The notes beneath the pieces are model-generated. The model made no database searches and had not been told where the DNA came from. It saw nothing but the letters and a program-made list of their open reading frames with translations. The position numbers and the translations under genes are program-made. DNA of 61,107 nucleotides, counting the filler, from Sphacelaria rigidula (taxonomy: Eukaryota): NCBI GenBank assembly GCA_964200075.2. It is 9 parts of 9 records of this genome, joined end to end, with 100 filler letters (N's around TTAATTAATTAA, not from the genome) between each part and the next. Parts side by side here need not be neighbours in the genome. Positions count along the whole stretch, not along the records: positions 47,608 to 54,307 come from CAXNAA020018532.1; positions 54,408 to 61,107 come from CAXNAA020018533.1; 7 more parts are not named here. One strand, given 5' to 3'. Below are positions 47,608-60,537 of this stretch, piece by piece (within the stretch, counting starts at the first letter, position 1; each line of letters starts with the position of its first letter).

Positions 47608-48199
47608 TGGCCATTTTTCGTACTTTTCCTAGGCAAAAAACGAGAAGGTATACCTTTTCTAGGCCATCGCCCTTCTATTTTTGTAGAGCTATTGGAGTCG
47701 TGGTGACATCGGGTGCAAGAGCTGACGACACTCGCTTCACGATTTCACATACCGCGGTCCAATAATCCACTGAAAAATCACGATTGCATCGGAGTCGATG
47801 GGCATGCCGACTACCATGCTATTGGGGGAGGAGGAAAAAAATATGTGGGCGATGCGCCGTAGAAGGGGCTCGCCAGCACGCGTAGACGCCGATGTGGTGA
47901 CGGCGGGGGTAATTCGCGGGTCATGGGGGTGTAGTCTCTTCCACAGGGTAGTCGCCGAGGTAAATCCGTAGAGCCTCACGTCGATCGCTGTGCATATGCA
48001 GAAAAAGCAGAACGGCTTTTGCGGCTGTTACAGTGGAGAGAGGTTCGGGAGAGCAAATATCGCTTCTTTTTTCGGTGAAAGACACGTCCTCCGGCGGAAA
48101 CTTACAGCTGAGATCCTGATTGCTTGCGAGAACGGGACTTGAAGCCGAATAAATTATCCACCGAATGTGTAGACGCAGATTTTGGTTTCCAGCATATAT

Positions 48200-48545
48200 T
48201 GTATCGAATAATGTCACGCAAAACGTTTTCTTTTTTCTTTTCCATCATTTCATTGTATTTTATTTTACTTGCTTTGTACTTTCCTCTTGTTTGACTTTTT
48301 CTTGTTTTAGGACGGCCATTTCGTTCTGTGCTTTGCTCGTGTTGACCTTTTATTACTTTTTTTTTTGTCACGACTTAGTCTGCTATGTCGTTCTGTTCGA
48401 CCCCCGTTTTTCTGTTCCTTTTTTATTTTTTGTTCCTTCGAGCGTGTTTCAGTTCCGTTTTTTTTTGGGTACGTCTATCATGAGACCACGGCTGAACCCC
48501 TGGGGGGTCAGTGAAAGTGCGACAATCAATCAATCAATCAATCAG
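48200..48545 (+). mobile_element. 3' end of a non-LTR retrotransposon: T-rich UTR, conserved end and (TCAA)n tail; related end at ~46690-46778
   Basis: GGTACG.C.ATCATG.GACCACGG.TG...TCAGT(G/T)AAAGTGCGACAAT..ATCAATCAATC at both sites. Confidence 0.75.
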
Positions 48546-49075
48546 AACGCCAATTTGGGTTGAAGCGTAAGGATTCTCATCCATGGCATCATGTTGCTGA
48601 GATCTCCCACAGGTAAGGACGCTCCAAGTTACTGTAGCCTGTATTTGCAAAGAAATTTGTGCACCGTATGTGTTCGACCTTATTGTCGCCGCCCTGTATG
48701 ACTCTGCTCTCATATATTTGTACCAGGGAGAATTCAGGCAATGCCCTCTTCTTCCCCTGCACCATGGCATACCATGACGCCGCGTTTTATCCCACACAAC
48801 ACCAGTGGCGGGATAGGGTGAGTAGACGTTCGCCGCCGACACAGTATGGTGCGGACACAGCCTTTCCACTGGACGGACGAACACAATCGGGCTATCAACT
48901 CTTAACCGCTTGCGGGACGCCAACTGTGTCATGCTTGGGGTGTGGAGTAGGGTTCATCACGCGTTTTCCTCATTTCACCCTTTCCCATCACCGAGTAGTC
49001 TACCCCGACAACTTCCGTATCAAGGACGGCGATACAAACTGCCACTATTTATATTTTTTAGTTTTCGCTTCATGT

Positions 49076-49818
49076 GGCGACTGCCGCCATGCGGGAAGGT
49101 GGTGTGTAGATCTACAGACACATGGGGTGGGCGGTGCGGCGTGTGCACCGGAAACCCTTCCCATTCGAGTCAATTGCTGTGTACCGCTTGCCACCGCCAA
49201 CCCCGGTTCACTTCCGCCACGGAGAGGGCATTTCAGCACTTGAGCAATGACGCCGCCGTGGCGGAAGCGGCGGCATTGTGGGATCAGATCAAAAACTCCG
49301 GGGAGGCGGCAGGCAGTGCGGTGGTGGACGGTTGGGTGCCCAGCGCTAAATGGTCTCCTCGGTACGAGACCGGGAGCACAAGGGAGCAGGAGAGAAGGCA
49401 CAAGAGCAGTACACTTCTGATTGATTGATTGATTGAGTGTCGCACTTTAACTGGCAATCAATCAATCAATCAATCAGAAGTGTACTGCTCTTGTGCCTTC
49501 TCTCCTGCTCCCTTGTACTCCTAGTTTCGTGCCGAGGAGACCATTTAGCGCTGGGCACCCAGCCGTCCACCACCGCACTGCCTGCCACCTCCCCGGAGTT
49601 TTTGATCTGATCCCACAATGCCGCCGCTTCCGCCACGGCGGCGTCATTGCTCAAGTGCCGAAATGCCCTCTCCGTGGCGGAAGTGAACCGGGGTTGGCGG
49701 TGGCAAGCAGTACACAGCAATTGACTCGAATGGGAAGGGTTTCCGGTGCACACGCCGCACCGCCCACCCCATGTGTCTGTAGATCTACACACCACCTTCC
49801 CGCATGGCGGCAGTCGCC
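49076..49818. repeat. Long inverted duplication: ~360-bp arms around a ~21-bp loop
   Basis: 49076-49436 is the reverse complement of 49458-49818 with 9 substitutions counted by eye; ORF track shows near-identical peptides on opposite strands. Confidence 0.95.
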
Positions 49819-52800
49819 GCTTGCGAGCACGCGCCTGCTGGCGCCCAACGTCCCGCTGCCTAGAAGGAGGGGGGTGAGTTAGCATGCGTTCGCCCAAGCC
49901 CCAGGAGGAACCCCTCTCGCAGCCCATCGCCGCTTCTCCTCCGGAGTGCGGACTGGCGGCGAGCGCTTCTTCGCCTGCCGTCTGAACACGGAGAAACCAC
50001 AGGAGCTCCGCAAGTGTCGGCGCCTCGTGTTGCAGCGTCCCGCTGTGGTGTCCGACATCCGCCGGCGACAGGCGTACGTTCGATCGCGATTGGCATCGAT
50101 CGACCGGATGTGCCGCCCGCTCCCCCGCCGCCTTCTATACCGTCACTGCATGGCGATCGCAATTGCAATGGAGACCGCACCGGTCGCCCCTCTTCAATGC
50201 TGTGCACGTGTCTTCCGCGGGAATTGCCGCTTCCTGCGCACATTTTCAAGGCCGGAAAGGGACGATGAGTCTCCGCACACATGTGGAGCATGTTTGCTGA
50301 TTCCGTCGACAGCGATCGGCCGCAATCAACCCACCCCCCCCATATAATGCAGAGGTTGGTGGCGCAATTTCCGTTGTGGGGATTTCTGCATTTCGCGATA
50401 CGATATACCTGCGCGCCGCCGGTCCTTATGGCAGAGTCAAATAGGAATATGCAACAGTGCCCTTAGTTGAGCGTGTACGTCGCTTGACGCCTTAAAAGAG
50501 AGCTGGCCACATTTCGACACCTTGCAATGCCTTTCTGTAGTCCTGGACACGGTGAAAAGAAAGCCTGGGCGTTTTTTCGGTGGCTCATCCTTTCTTTAGT
50601 TCATCTCACTCGCTTTTTCCTCCCTACCCGGTCATTTTTCCTCGAAGACTGGTAGGTCCACGGCTAATTTTTTGGAACCGCGTGACTACCGTGTGGACCG
50701 GAAACTCTGTTTCCCCCGATACCCTACCCCGATAAACGTTCAAAGTCGGGAATTCTTCAAGTGTTTCCGTTGTGAGGGATGTTCGCAAGTGTTTCCTCGT
50801 GCCGCCGTTTATCCCAGTAAAGGTTTGGCCACATAAGTTGGGTATCGGGAGATACGACCTAATCCTCTAGTGTTTTGGCTCGAATGGGGCAATCTATACC
50901 GTTTTGTGAACAAACCAAAAGGAATACTTATTTTGACCTCGCTGATGTATCGCGCCAGAGACGCAAAACTGTCTTATAACACAGGATTTTACACGTCGGG
51001 GATGGTGTCCTTCTCGAGGATGACTAACCCAGAGAAAGAAAATCTTCGTATCAACATCCAATATTCGGAGTATGATTCCATTTCTGCACTTGCTGGTAGC
51101 TGTTGATAAGTACTACACGCCATACTAATTTTGATCTCGATACCGAAAATGTTGAGGTCCTGGGTGCAAAATCAATTTCTGTGAATTTCGGCCATCTTAT
51201 CGGATCATCTCAATCCCCCAAAACTGTTTCTTCACTACGGCCCCAACATGTCGGTTATCAGGATCCAAACTTGTAAGGCGTACACGGAGCATTTTTTTTA
51301 CTGACTGTACTACACTTGTTTGCGACGAGTATGTCATGTAGACTGACTGTACCATCGCGGGTGCGGTGTGCGAGGAGTGTGTGATGGAACGTCAAATCTC
51401 ACACAGAAAAAAATATCTAGGAACCGATCCTTTTTCCCGGAGATATTTGGATTAATCGCTGTCTGGTGATTTAGATCAGTTTCTCCATGCATATTTTCCT
51501 TCAAAATGGCCCTATAACGTCGCATTGCGGCAGAAGTCTCTGGAAATTTCTTCAAGTGGGCGGGATTGTACTCACATTTCTCTAGAGTAGTCGCCTATTT
51601 TTGATTATGTACACAACCGGCGATCGTCTCTCGGTCATCATGGAAGGTCCTCTCCATGGTAATTGGAGTTTCGGGTTCGGCTTTTCTGAGTCCTGGTATG
51701 ATCGGCACATGTGTACCTTTTGACTGGGTTTGAACACTGGGAACAGTTTTTCGTTTATATCTGTTTTCTCGCTCGTTCGCTGTTTCTCGTAGAGCTTGTC
51801 CCGCAATTTCAAATCTTAACCGTAGATTTTCCCGTGTTTCTTTGGAAAATTCTTTGGGTGTCGCGGCTTTTCCCGGATGTCAAATGTGGTAAAATTCAAT
51901 CGATAAACGTTTTGGCTATCGACGTGGCCTGTTGACTTGGTATCGAAATGAGAAAGGCATACTCTGAGCGGTGGACCATTACGGACAGTACCTATCTACA
52001 TAGTACTCCAGCTTTTGATCTCGAAGCTGTTTTTGTATTCGACTACGACACTCTCTCGTATGACCGTCCTACCGGAACGTGTCCCATCGGCAAATTCTGG
52101 CCGGTTGGCTGACAGCTCTCGGTCACTTTGCATTGCCTCCAAACGGTCGAGTTTCTCAGCTGATATTTGACGGTGATATGTGGTTCAGCTATTTGCAGCG
52201 CATGGTCTTTTGGTCCATTACCACATATTTGGGTAAACGGCGGTTTGAATTCAGCTTTTCGTCGCTCTGGAGTAGCGCAAACAGTCGTGAGAGGATGTCC
52301 GGAATAACATGAAATTTCTCCGCTTTTTGTCTCTTATCATTATCATGATTTTTCTCCGGGGTTACATGTCGGCTCGACGGGTTGATGATTTGTATAATTT
52401 CCGTTTTATTCGTCGCCGACTACGTCCATCCTGTCCTTGAAACAATGATGCGCGTAAATGCTTGAGGTACATCAGGCGATCTAGTGTCTTGCTCGGGTAT
52501 CATGCGCGGCTCCACGATAGTTGCTTTTGTTGTTGACGGGGTATTCTTTCCGTTCCAACTAGTACTGCCATTTCACTTTGTGGTGGTACACTGCATTTCT
52601 TGTGAGAGAGTGGAGCAGGGTTATAACATTTCACACCGACTGTGTACCAGTATGTTGTTCCAGTGTGTTGTACTTTGTGAGCCCTGTTGTTTTCGATGCG
52701 ATGCTTTGATTTTTATACTGGAATCACGGAATGTTCGTTCTTCCGTCTGCCAGTCGATTACAGAGTATAGCTTTGAAAGCACACATATGGAGTTGTCTCG

Positions 52801-53849
52801 TAATAGACAATCCGGTCCCAGATGAGGTAATACAAACGCCTCTATCGTTAGGTTTTTTATCCTCAACGTAAGTTTGAAACGAATGAACCCTAGGATTTTC
52901 ATGGGGGAGCCGTCCGCGCTTCTGAGATACATAGATCCCGGCGCTACTGGCTTTATATTAGCTGCCATGTTGGACGGGTGTTCATCTATGAACTTTTTGC
53001 TGATACACGGCCCATCTGCTGCGGAATCGATTGTGATTTGTTCAGTTGGGGTGCCGTTTACTCTGGCTGCGACTCTCACACGGGCTGATGCACAGAATAG
53101 CGCTAGGGGCGCATCTGTATACCCGGCGAGCGATAGTGCGTTGTATGAGTTATAACAGTGATCGTCCAATATCGGGTTGAAAAAAGGAAGACTGGTGTTT
53201 CGATTTGGAATCAACAGCCCCTGCTTACAACATTGTTGTTTTTTCCTGGCTGCCGGTTGAACTGGAGTAGCGCGGATTGTAACGTTACCCATCCATTGGG
53301 GTACGGCGCAGAATATAGCATGGTTGAGAGCCTCAACACATGTTCGACGATGATGGCCCTCCGTGTGGTGTATTGTTTTTTCCACAGCTGCTCTGAAGGC
53401 TGCTTTGGAACCAACTCTCAACGTGCTCTTTCCAGCTTCTGCTCCTAGTATGTACTTTCACATCACAATTGAGGGTTGTATTAGTGCCCCGCTGCAGGAG
53501 TGAGTTAATGTACTGACCAAGAAACCCGCATCTTTCCGATATGTTTTTTTTTCCCAGACGGTCGACACTTTTCTCCATTTCATGCGTGATGAGGTGTGGA
53601 CTCTTGAACTGTCTGTAGTTTTCAAATCCTCTCAGCTTGTGGGCTGGGATGCGGTAAGACCATCCAATACACCTCCCATTCTTTCGTTTGCCAAATGGTA
53701 GGGAATGACAAGGTCGTGCATTCACATGTTGGCTAAATTTATTTGTTGGTGCTATTTCGAGTCACCGCGTTTCCAGAGGTCGGCCTGCTTGGTTTGTTGC
53801 CGTGCCTTTCGCTTTATGGTGGTGGAAAGTTGGTTGGTAAGTGTTGTTC

Positions 53850-54033
53850 CGCTGTTTAATTAGCCATTCTGGTGATATATAATGCACGCTGAGGAGACTA
53901 ATTTCGCGGTTTCGCTGTCTGACTAGCCATACAGGTGACATATACTGCACGCTGAGGAGTCTAACTTGATGTTTCGCTCCTTGATCAGTCATGCGGGTGA
54001 CATATGAGTGCACATTGAGGGGGCTAATTTCGC
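53850..54033. repeat. Three degenerate 62-63-bp tandem units in the Gypsy leader
   Basis: GGTGA(T/C)ATAT...TGCAC(GC/AT)TGAGG.G.CTAA at 53871, 53934 and 53996. Confidence 0.8.
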
Positions 54034-54208
54034 ATTGAACCAAACACATGACTCCAATAACCTCTCAACTCGAATAATTATGCACATGATCCATATGTTT
54101 CACCTGGAGTAGCGTTCCTTGGAGGACCTCAGTGTTTCCGGTGTCGGGGAGCAGTCGGTTCTCGTTCTAGTTTTTGACTTCTAAGGCCTGTCTTGCTTGA
54201 GTTCTGTT

Positions 54209-54220
54209 CTGGTGTAGCCA
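54209..54220 (-). promoter_or_regulatory. Putative tRNA primer-binding site
   Basis: Minus strand reads ...CCTCACA-T-TGGCTACACCAG: an LTR-type CA end followed by TGG, upstream of the protease on the same strand. Confidence 0.65.
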
Positions 54221-54307
54221 ATGTGAGGAAGTCGTATCGCTAGAGTAGTCAGAGACCTACGGGGGAGACTGCCGTCCTGATGCCGAAGGAACTCCGGGGC
54301 TGGCGAT

Positions 54308-54407
54308 NNNNNNNNNNNNNNNNNNNNNNNNNNNNNNNNNNNNNNNNNNNNTTAATTAATTAANNNNNNNNNNNNNNNNNNNNNNNNNNNNNNNNNNNNN
54401 NNNNNNN
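54308..54407. other. Artificial contig linker
   Basis: N44-TTAATTAATTAA-N44. Confidence 0.99.
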
Positions 54408-57311
54408 TCAGGGAAAGCACGGCTTTTGAGTTGAACCTCATTTTTTTTTTCAACCCCAGTTTCGAAAATCGGCTGTTACCTACTAATCCAAAGTTCTCGT
54501 GAGCGTGTATTACATCTCTCCGACCGACTGTCCGTGCAGCGCCGGGCACCGGGCACAGTCCATGGGTCAAACTCAACCCAGGGAGGGCAAAATGACCTGA
54601 AACTTCGTGCGGATCCTTATATTACCTGTAGATGCGCAATGAGGTGGTTTTTAGCGTGAAGGACACTTGATTTGAAAAAGTGCAAGGGTTTGGCCCGTGG
54701 AATGACAAGGGATCACCACCACCACCACCGCCATTTTTTTATTATCCACACGGATAACTCTCAGGTGCCCCTGAGAGAATATTCTTTCTTTCGTCACTGG
54801 GCTGAAGATGGGGTGGTGCCGCGATCGGGGTGCGCTATAGTCTTATATACAGGGTCATTATCCATCCTGTAACAGTACTACAGCAAAATTCGATATACAG
54901 TAGTGGGCGGTCTAACTATTTAGGGTGTTTTGGGGGTTTTCTCGCGTACAACGCTTCGATAGAACCCGATATTGCTAGCGTCGGTAGATTTTGATACATT
55001 CAACAGATCATCATCGAAACACAGTGACCACGTCAGTGGTTGTTGGTGTGATCGGGCAAACGGAGTAAACACCCGGTTTATCAGGAGGGTGTTGTTGACC
55101 GTGAAACACAGTTTTTCGGCTCTTGTGTAATGAGTAGGTAGAATTTCGAGAAAACAAACTGTACATTTCTTCGCAAATATGATCTGGACAGGTTCGATCG
55201 ACCGAAGATACCGAGGAATAAGAATCTGGGCTGAAACGTGGCCGGACCCCCGATGACCGGTCAGCCCGTAACTCACTCAATATTGAGTACTTTTTTTTTC
55301 TTGGAATGTGAAGCGGACACAAATATCTTCGGATCCCCACTGTGATAAGCGGTAGCAAGAAGCGGAAAGAGCCTACGAAAATCGCTAATTATGAAAAAAA
55401 CACAAAATGCCACAAAATGAATAGTTAGACCACCCACTACTGTACATCGCAAAACAGATCGCTCTGCTTCGCATCACACTTCCAATTTTCCTATCCTTTC
55501 TCACATTGGAATGGAATGGAAAAGGGACAGAAGAGACAGACGTCCTCAATAAAGAAAAGCAAGAACGGCATACAAGCAGAAGAAGGGACGGAAATAAAGT
55601 AAGGGCCATAGTAGGTTGACGTTGACAACAATTCTTTCGCGCATCGCACCACGCAAATTCCAGACATTATCGTTCTAGTCCGAGTGACATCCTTCCACGT
55701 ACGCAAGGCTGCGCAGGAAGGCGGAGCTGAGACCGGAGTCGTCGCTCGGCAAGTTCGCGCTAGGTTCTCTCGATCTATCCCTGGCCACTACTTGTAGATC
55801 CGTCTTGACGTACACGTACAACACGTGTGTCCCGGGATGTCAGTGGGCATCGAACGAGGCAAACGCGCTAGTGCCACCCCCCGTAAAGCGATCGTACTTG
55901 AGCCATCTCCACTGCAAACGGAACTGCGTGACGTAGTGGGTGCCCACCCAGATGAGTTACACAACCGAGATCAAGGAGTACTCTACGCCTAAAGAGAGAG
56001 TCTCGGACGCGTCGGGGGGAACGCCAACGACTGCGTCGACGGCAGTAGCACTCGACGAAATAAATAGGCGGTCGGGGGCGTTGATAGCCGAGAAAGGCAG
56101 GAAATTCCAAAAACACATGTTCGATGGGATGATTCCGCATGAAGGACAAACTCCCGCCCCGGGGTAAGAAAAGTCGAGACAACTACCTCCCAACAATGAA
56201 TCAACCACGGCGGCTTGCAGAGTTCTACTATTTCCGTGAGGAACCATGAAGATAGCTGGGTCACGCAACGCCGCAGATTGCTCGGGCGTCATCGTCCGCA
56301 GGCTGTGGCCGTCTACGCAAGTAACGTGGCGCCTCCACGAGATCCCTATAGATTCTCGTGTAAGCAAAACTAGTTGGAGATTGCTGGCGCGTGTCCGGCC
56401 AGTTCGCTGGCACGTGAGGCTTGCGTCTTCGGCAAATGGCTTCGAACGCGCTCGTCGTGTCGCCTATTTGATCACCGCTTCCGGGTAAACCGCCGTCTGA
56501 CACGACGAAGTCGCGCGCTTCCGCCAGCTTCACCTGGTGAAGGTTAGTTGGCATTCGGGAGAGTTAGACGATGAAAGAGAGCTACGTAGCCGAATCAGCC
56601 TCACGGTGGTTGGATTCAGGAAGTGCGATTTAGTGAAAAATCTACCCGGCCAGTCAGAAACGAAGGATTCGTCCGGTCGGTCAGAACAGAACCGCAGAAT
56701 TGCAGAAGGCCATCTGCAGAAGGGGCCAGAGGGTGAAAGGCCTTCGGTACACGTTTCCTAGCTCCGTTGCTTCTTTAGGGCTTCGCACCTTTGACCCATC
56801 GACTCGTTGGGGCTCTGAGGGCGTGGTGTGTCTCAGCACTTTTTTTTTCGATCGAAAAAAGCGGTCGATTTTTTCTTGCCGATCTCATAGGCCCACCGCA
56901 TTGACGCTCCTTGAAGGCTTCAACTCTAAGTAAAAATTAGCGGCGCGCGGAGAAGAATGCAACGGGGTACAAAACAATCGTTTGAGATTGAAAGCATGCG
57001 GTCGAAAGGCACGAAGCGGCACTTGACTCCTATCTTACAAATAGGCTTCTACTTGTGATGCTAGGAAGGTATTTTTTTATGCTAGTAGTATAGAGTTTCG
57101 AAAAACGCTTTTTTTTTTCATTTCAGAGCGCAAATATCTCAGGAGCAGAGCGCAGAATAATAAAAAACAACTCATCGAAAAGAAGTCAAGGGGATAGATA
57201 CCACATTTGACGGAGGAGGGAACTGATTTTTAGTTACTCTCTGATCCTGAGATACTTGCTCTTCGAAATGACAAAAAAGATTTTTCCGAAAATCTCTAAT
57301 ATCACCAAAAA

Positions 57312-57420
57312 TGATGCTCGTAAAGTAGAATTATGCTCGATTTATGCTCCCATGTTCAAACAAATTATGCTCGATTCGTGCTCGCAACGTGGAATTTATG
57401 CTCGATTATGCTCGTAATAT
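57312..57420 (+). repeat. Cluster of TTATGCTCG motifs, probably transposon subterminal repeats
   Basis: (A/T)TGCTC(G/C) recurs about seven times in ~110 bp. Confidence 0.6.
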
Positions 57421-59376
57421 CCAACAAGGATGGCATTCTCGACCGGATACAGACCCACCGATCAATATATGCATGTTATATATACAGTGGGGGGCTCTCA
57501 GTAGTGCCGGTATGTGCTCACCACAGACACCGGCACTGCTCTAAAAATTGCCAAAATAGGTGCAATTGAGGGCTCTCAATACCTCAGTAGTGCCGATTCT
57601 GGTACTACTGACGACCGTCCGTTCGTACAGTGCTACGCTTGCCCTTTATGGGACCAACGGAAGCACAAAACGGAAGAGGACCTTTGTTTCAAGGGGTTTC
57701 GATAGGATACGTCACGTAAGGGTTCGGGATAGCAGAACTAAACCCGATGTTTTTTTGTTTTTCACATTCAACTTGATTGATCCTGTTCACAGGTTGATCA
57801 TTTCCTTCCCTACTACCACAATAGCAGCAGTACGGCCACCAAAGCTGCTCATGCCGACAGACTTTCCAGACAAGAAAAACAAGAACACATCTGCACCCAA
57901 CGCAACTAAAAAGGTGGGGCATCTGGTGTGGAAAACTCACGAAAGAGTACACCGCCCACCAAAAGGAGTGAGCGAGAGGAAATGAACCACACCCCTTTGC
58001 ACTTCCTACCGGCTACCGAGGCAAGGGGAGCAACAGACGACAGACGACAGCAGTACAGAAGTACCACTACTGTACAGGGCCTATAGTGCTCTGAACAATT
58101 GACAAGTGATGCGATACAGGACCACTCCCGCTACTCGTGCTGCCACTTGGATAGCCTGCACAGTACACAGACACAGTGTACGGAGAGCGCGGTGTTACTA
58201 TGAACTTAATGCTAACGCCTTGGAGAAGGTAGCCTCAGTCCACCTTTGCCCTGATGTTCTCACGAACAGAGGCTCAAGCTGTGAGAGCCAGGTTGCAAAG
58301 CGCTCAGCAGAATGCAGTAAATCAATACAGGCCCAATACTGTGACAGCAGCAGTAATCGAATCCAGGTGTCCACACAAACGAAATAGATCATCTCTTTCT
58401 AATTCACAATACGAACCGGAGCCAGTAGTTTCCCCAAGACCACAACGCTCCAGTAAGGACTCACTTGGAACTCAAAGCAACGGCGGCAAGGCTGATGTTA
58501 TCCTGGGCCCGAAATGAAGTGAGCTCAGATGCGCTCGGTCGATGGTGTAACCACCTTACGCAGGAAATATACCCACACCAAATCATAATACAATAACCAA
58601 AGAGCAGAGATCCTCCATCCAACGAACGTTCCTGGAACACTCCTCATTGTGCACATGATTATTTGATGTGCAGACATCAGCCATACTGTATCTCCCATCG
58701 ACTATCCAGAACACACTGTATATCTGTATCTTCCAACAAGCTGACGAGCCACGGCAGCCGACCAAGAGTCATATCCAACGTTCAATTACTCCGACATCTG
58801 ATGTACACAGCGCCACGGTACCTTATCGACGCCAGTTCCTTCAAATACCATAACAGTGTCTTGTACAACAGCAGTGCAACAACGGCAGTATGATACGGCG
58901 GGATGCTCGATGGCAAGCAGTTGATGCATACTGCACACAGTCCGTGTTGTCAGAGCATCCATACAATCAAGCATGCGCGGTGCTTGGCTGACCAAAAACA
59001 CAAGACGATTGTTTGCTCGTCAATATCGAGCAAAGAGTTTATCGCCGCAGGCTTGCGGTCTTCTGCCCTACGACAAGATGCTTTCTTTACTGCCCTGCTG
59101 TGGATTGCTGTGAAGTGCGCCTGGCCGCTGTTTCGTGTGCAGCATTTCGATTTGAAATTGGCTTCGTCGTGGGTTGGTTTTGGACACTCATTCAAAGAGC
59201 ATATAATATGATAAATATCCCGTGGGTGTTATATTACGTATATACTTTCCTCTATCTACAGGCAGTCAGTCATGGCTCATTTGTCAAAGCCGTGTCCACG
59301 TTGTCCACCCTGTGTCAGGGTTATTCCTTTTCGATAATATGGAGGGATTAGGGTGCGAGATGTGTAACTTCCAGTA

Positions 59377-60288
59377 CAGTAAGTTGCTCTGTGAGAGAAC
59401 GCACCCCTGTGCGATCAAAAACACGGTTTAAAACGATTTAATTATTTTTACGCACAGGGGGCATTATTTTCGCACAGGGGTGCGATCTCAAGGATGAAAT
59501 GCGTCTCAGCCACCTTCCGGGCGTGAGGACGCGTTCGCGCGGATGGGTCTTAGCGGCGGACATCTTAAGTTGCCACGATTTTGTCTTTATTCCACTGGTC
59601 GTTATGGGGCTTGTCTGGACTACGCACTGCGGTGTGGTAGTGCAGACACAAAAAACATACGGAGTGGTTTTCTTTTTCAATTTATTTTAATCAAGTTCTC
59701 GTCGTGCACCTTGGATGAAACCACCAAATTAAAGCCGAAACCTTTCACCAAACGCCAACACCGACGGAAAAAACGAAGCCCGAAAGCAAACGCACACCGA
59801 ACGATATTTCTTGCAATCAATCTCGGCTCTCTCTTCGACATTTCGTGTAACGGTATACCGGTACCACGACAGCTACCGTAGGCTCGTGCGATGTGCTTGA
59901 TGTTGTCGTGCTGTGGCTGTGTGCCCGTGTGTACTTGCTATGTTTCAGGCATCTTCAGACCTTGTTCCTACGGCAGTACTGTCGCAGATTGTTCCTTTAC
60001 ACCGGCGAAGATTTACTCAGAACCGCACATGGCGGGGTTATCGCACAGGGTGTGCGTTCAAAGATCCTTTTGTCATCGAAATTATTCACTCAATATCGCA
60101 TATGTCGCTGAGATGGCACACGGACGTGCGATGGAAGAGCAGTCCCAACTTATTTAGTTCGGTTTTCGCATAGGGGGCGTGGTGTTCGCACAGGGGTCGT
60201 GAGAACACACCCCTGTCCGGAAAATAAAAAAGTTCGAAAACATTTCAAAATCTATCGCACCCCTGTGCGATCACAGAGCAACTTACGG
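59377..60288. mobile_element. 912-bp Tc1/mariner (pogo-like) non-autonomous element
   Basis: TA|CAGTAAGTTGCTCTGTGA ... TCACAGAGCAACTTACGG|TA; subterminal CGCACCCCTGTGCGA/CGCACAGGGG motifs at both ends. Confidence 0.88.
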
Positions 60289-60537
60289 TAGTTACCGCCA
60301 TATTCCGAAGGTTTCGATTGTCTGAGACGAAGGCTGGAGATCATCACGGGAAGAGGGGCGGGTACTTCCACCATCAAGAACTCGCCTCACGGGCGGTGCG
60401 CGGACGTGAAAAAAGCTGCAGCGCTTGCGAGTTATGTGACAGCATAGATTGCAAGCGATTTCTACTGGAAAAACGTGCCGGATCGGTAGTGCACGACGAA
60501 GTTCGTGAAGGATCATGTACATGCGGGCCCCACCCCA

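Larger units (their letters stand above)
51580..54307 (-). mobile_element. Internally deleted, degenerate Ty3/Gypsy element (5' LTR end, PBS, protease, integrase tail)
   Basis: Protease ITIDSAAD...LRSADGSPMKILG...CLLRDN (ORF 52621-53421); integrase C-terminus KPNPKLQLPWRGP...SPVVYII (51582-51812); too little sequence between them for RT/RNaseH/IN core. Confidence 0.8.

Noticed and set aside
6703..54407. Regular 6.8-kb periodicity with a palindromic TTAATTAATTAA core, resembling a cassette system
   Set aside because: Identical N44-12mer-N44 linkers join contigs of decreasing length (6702 to 6700); this is a concatenation artefact, and ORFs ending in X...LIN are artefacts too
58198..58392. LFVRTSGQRWTEATFSKAL resembles a tyrosine-recombinase segment
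   Set aside because: No R...H-x-x-R...Y catalytic motifs nearby; the ORF is short and closed
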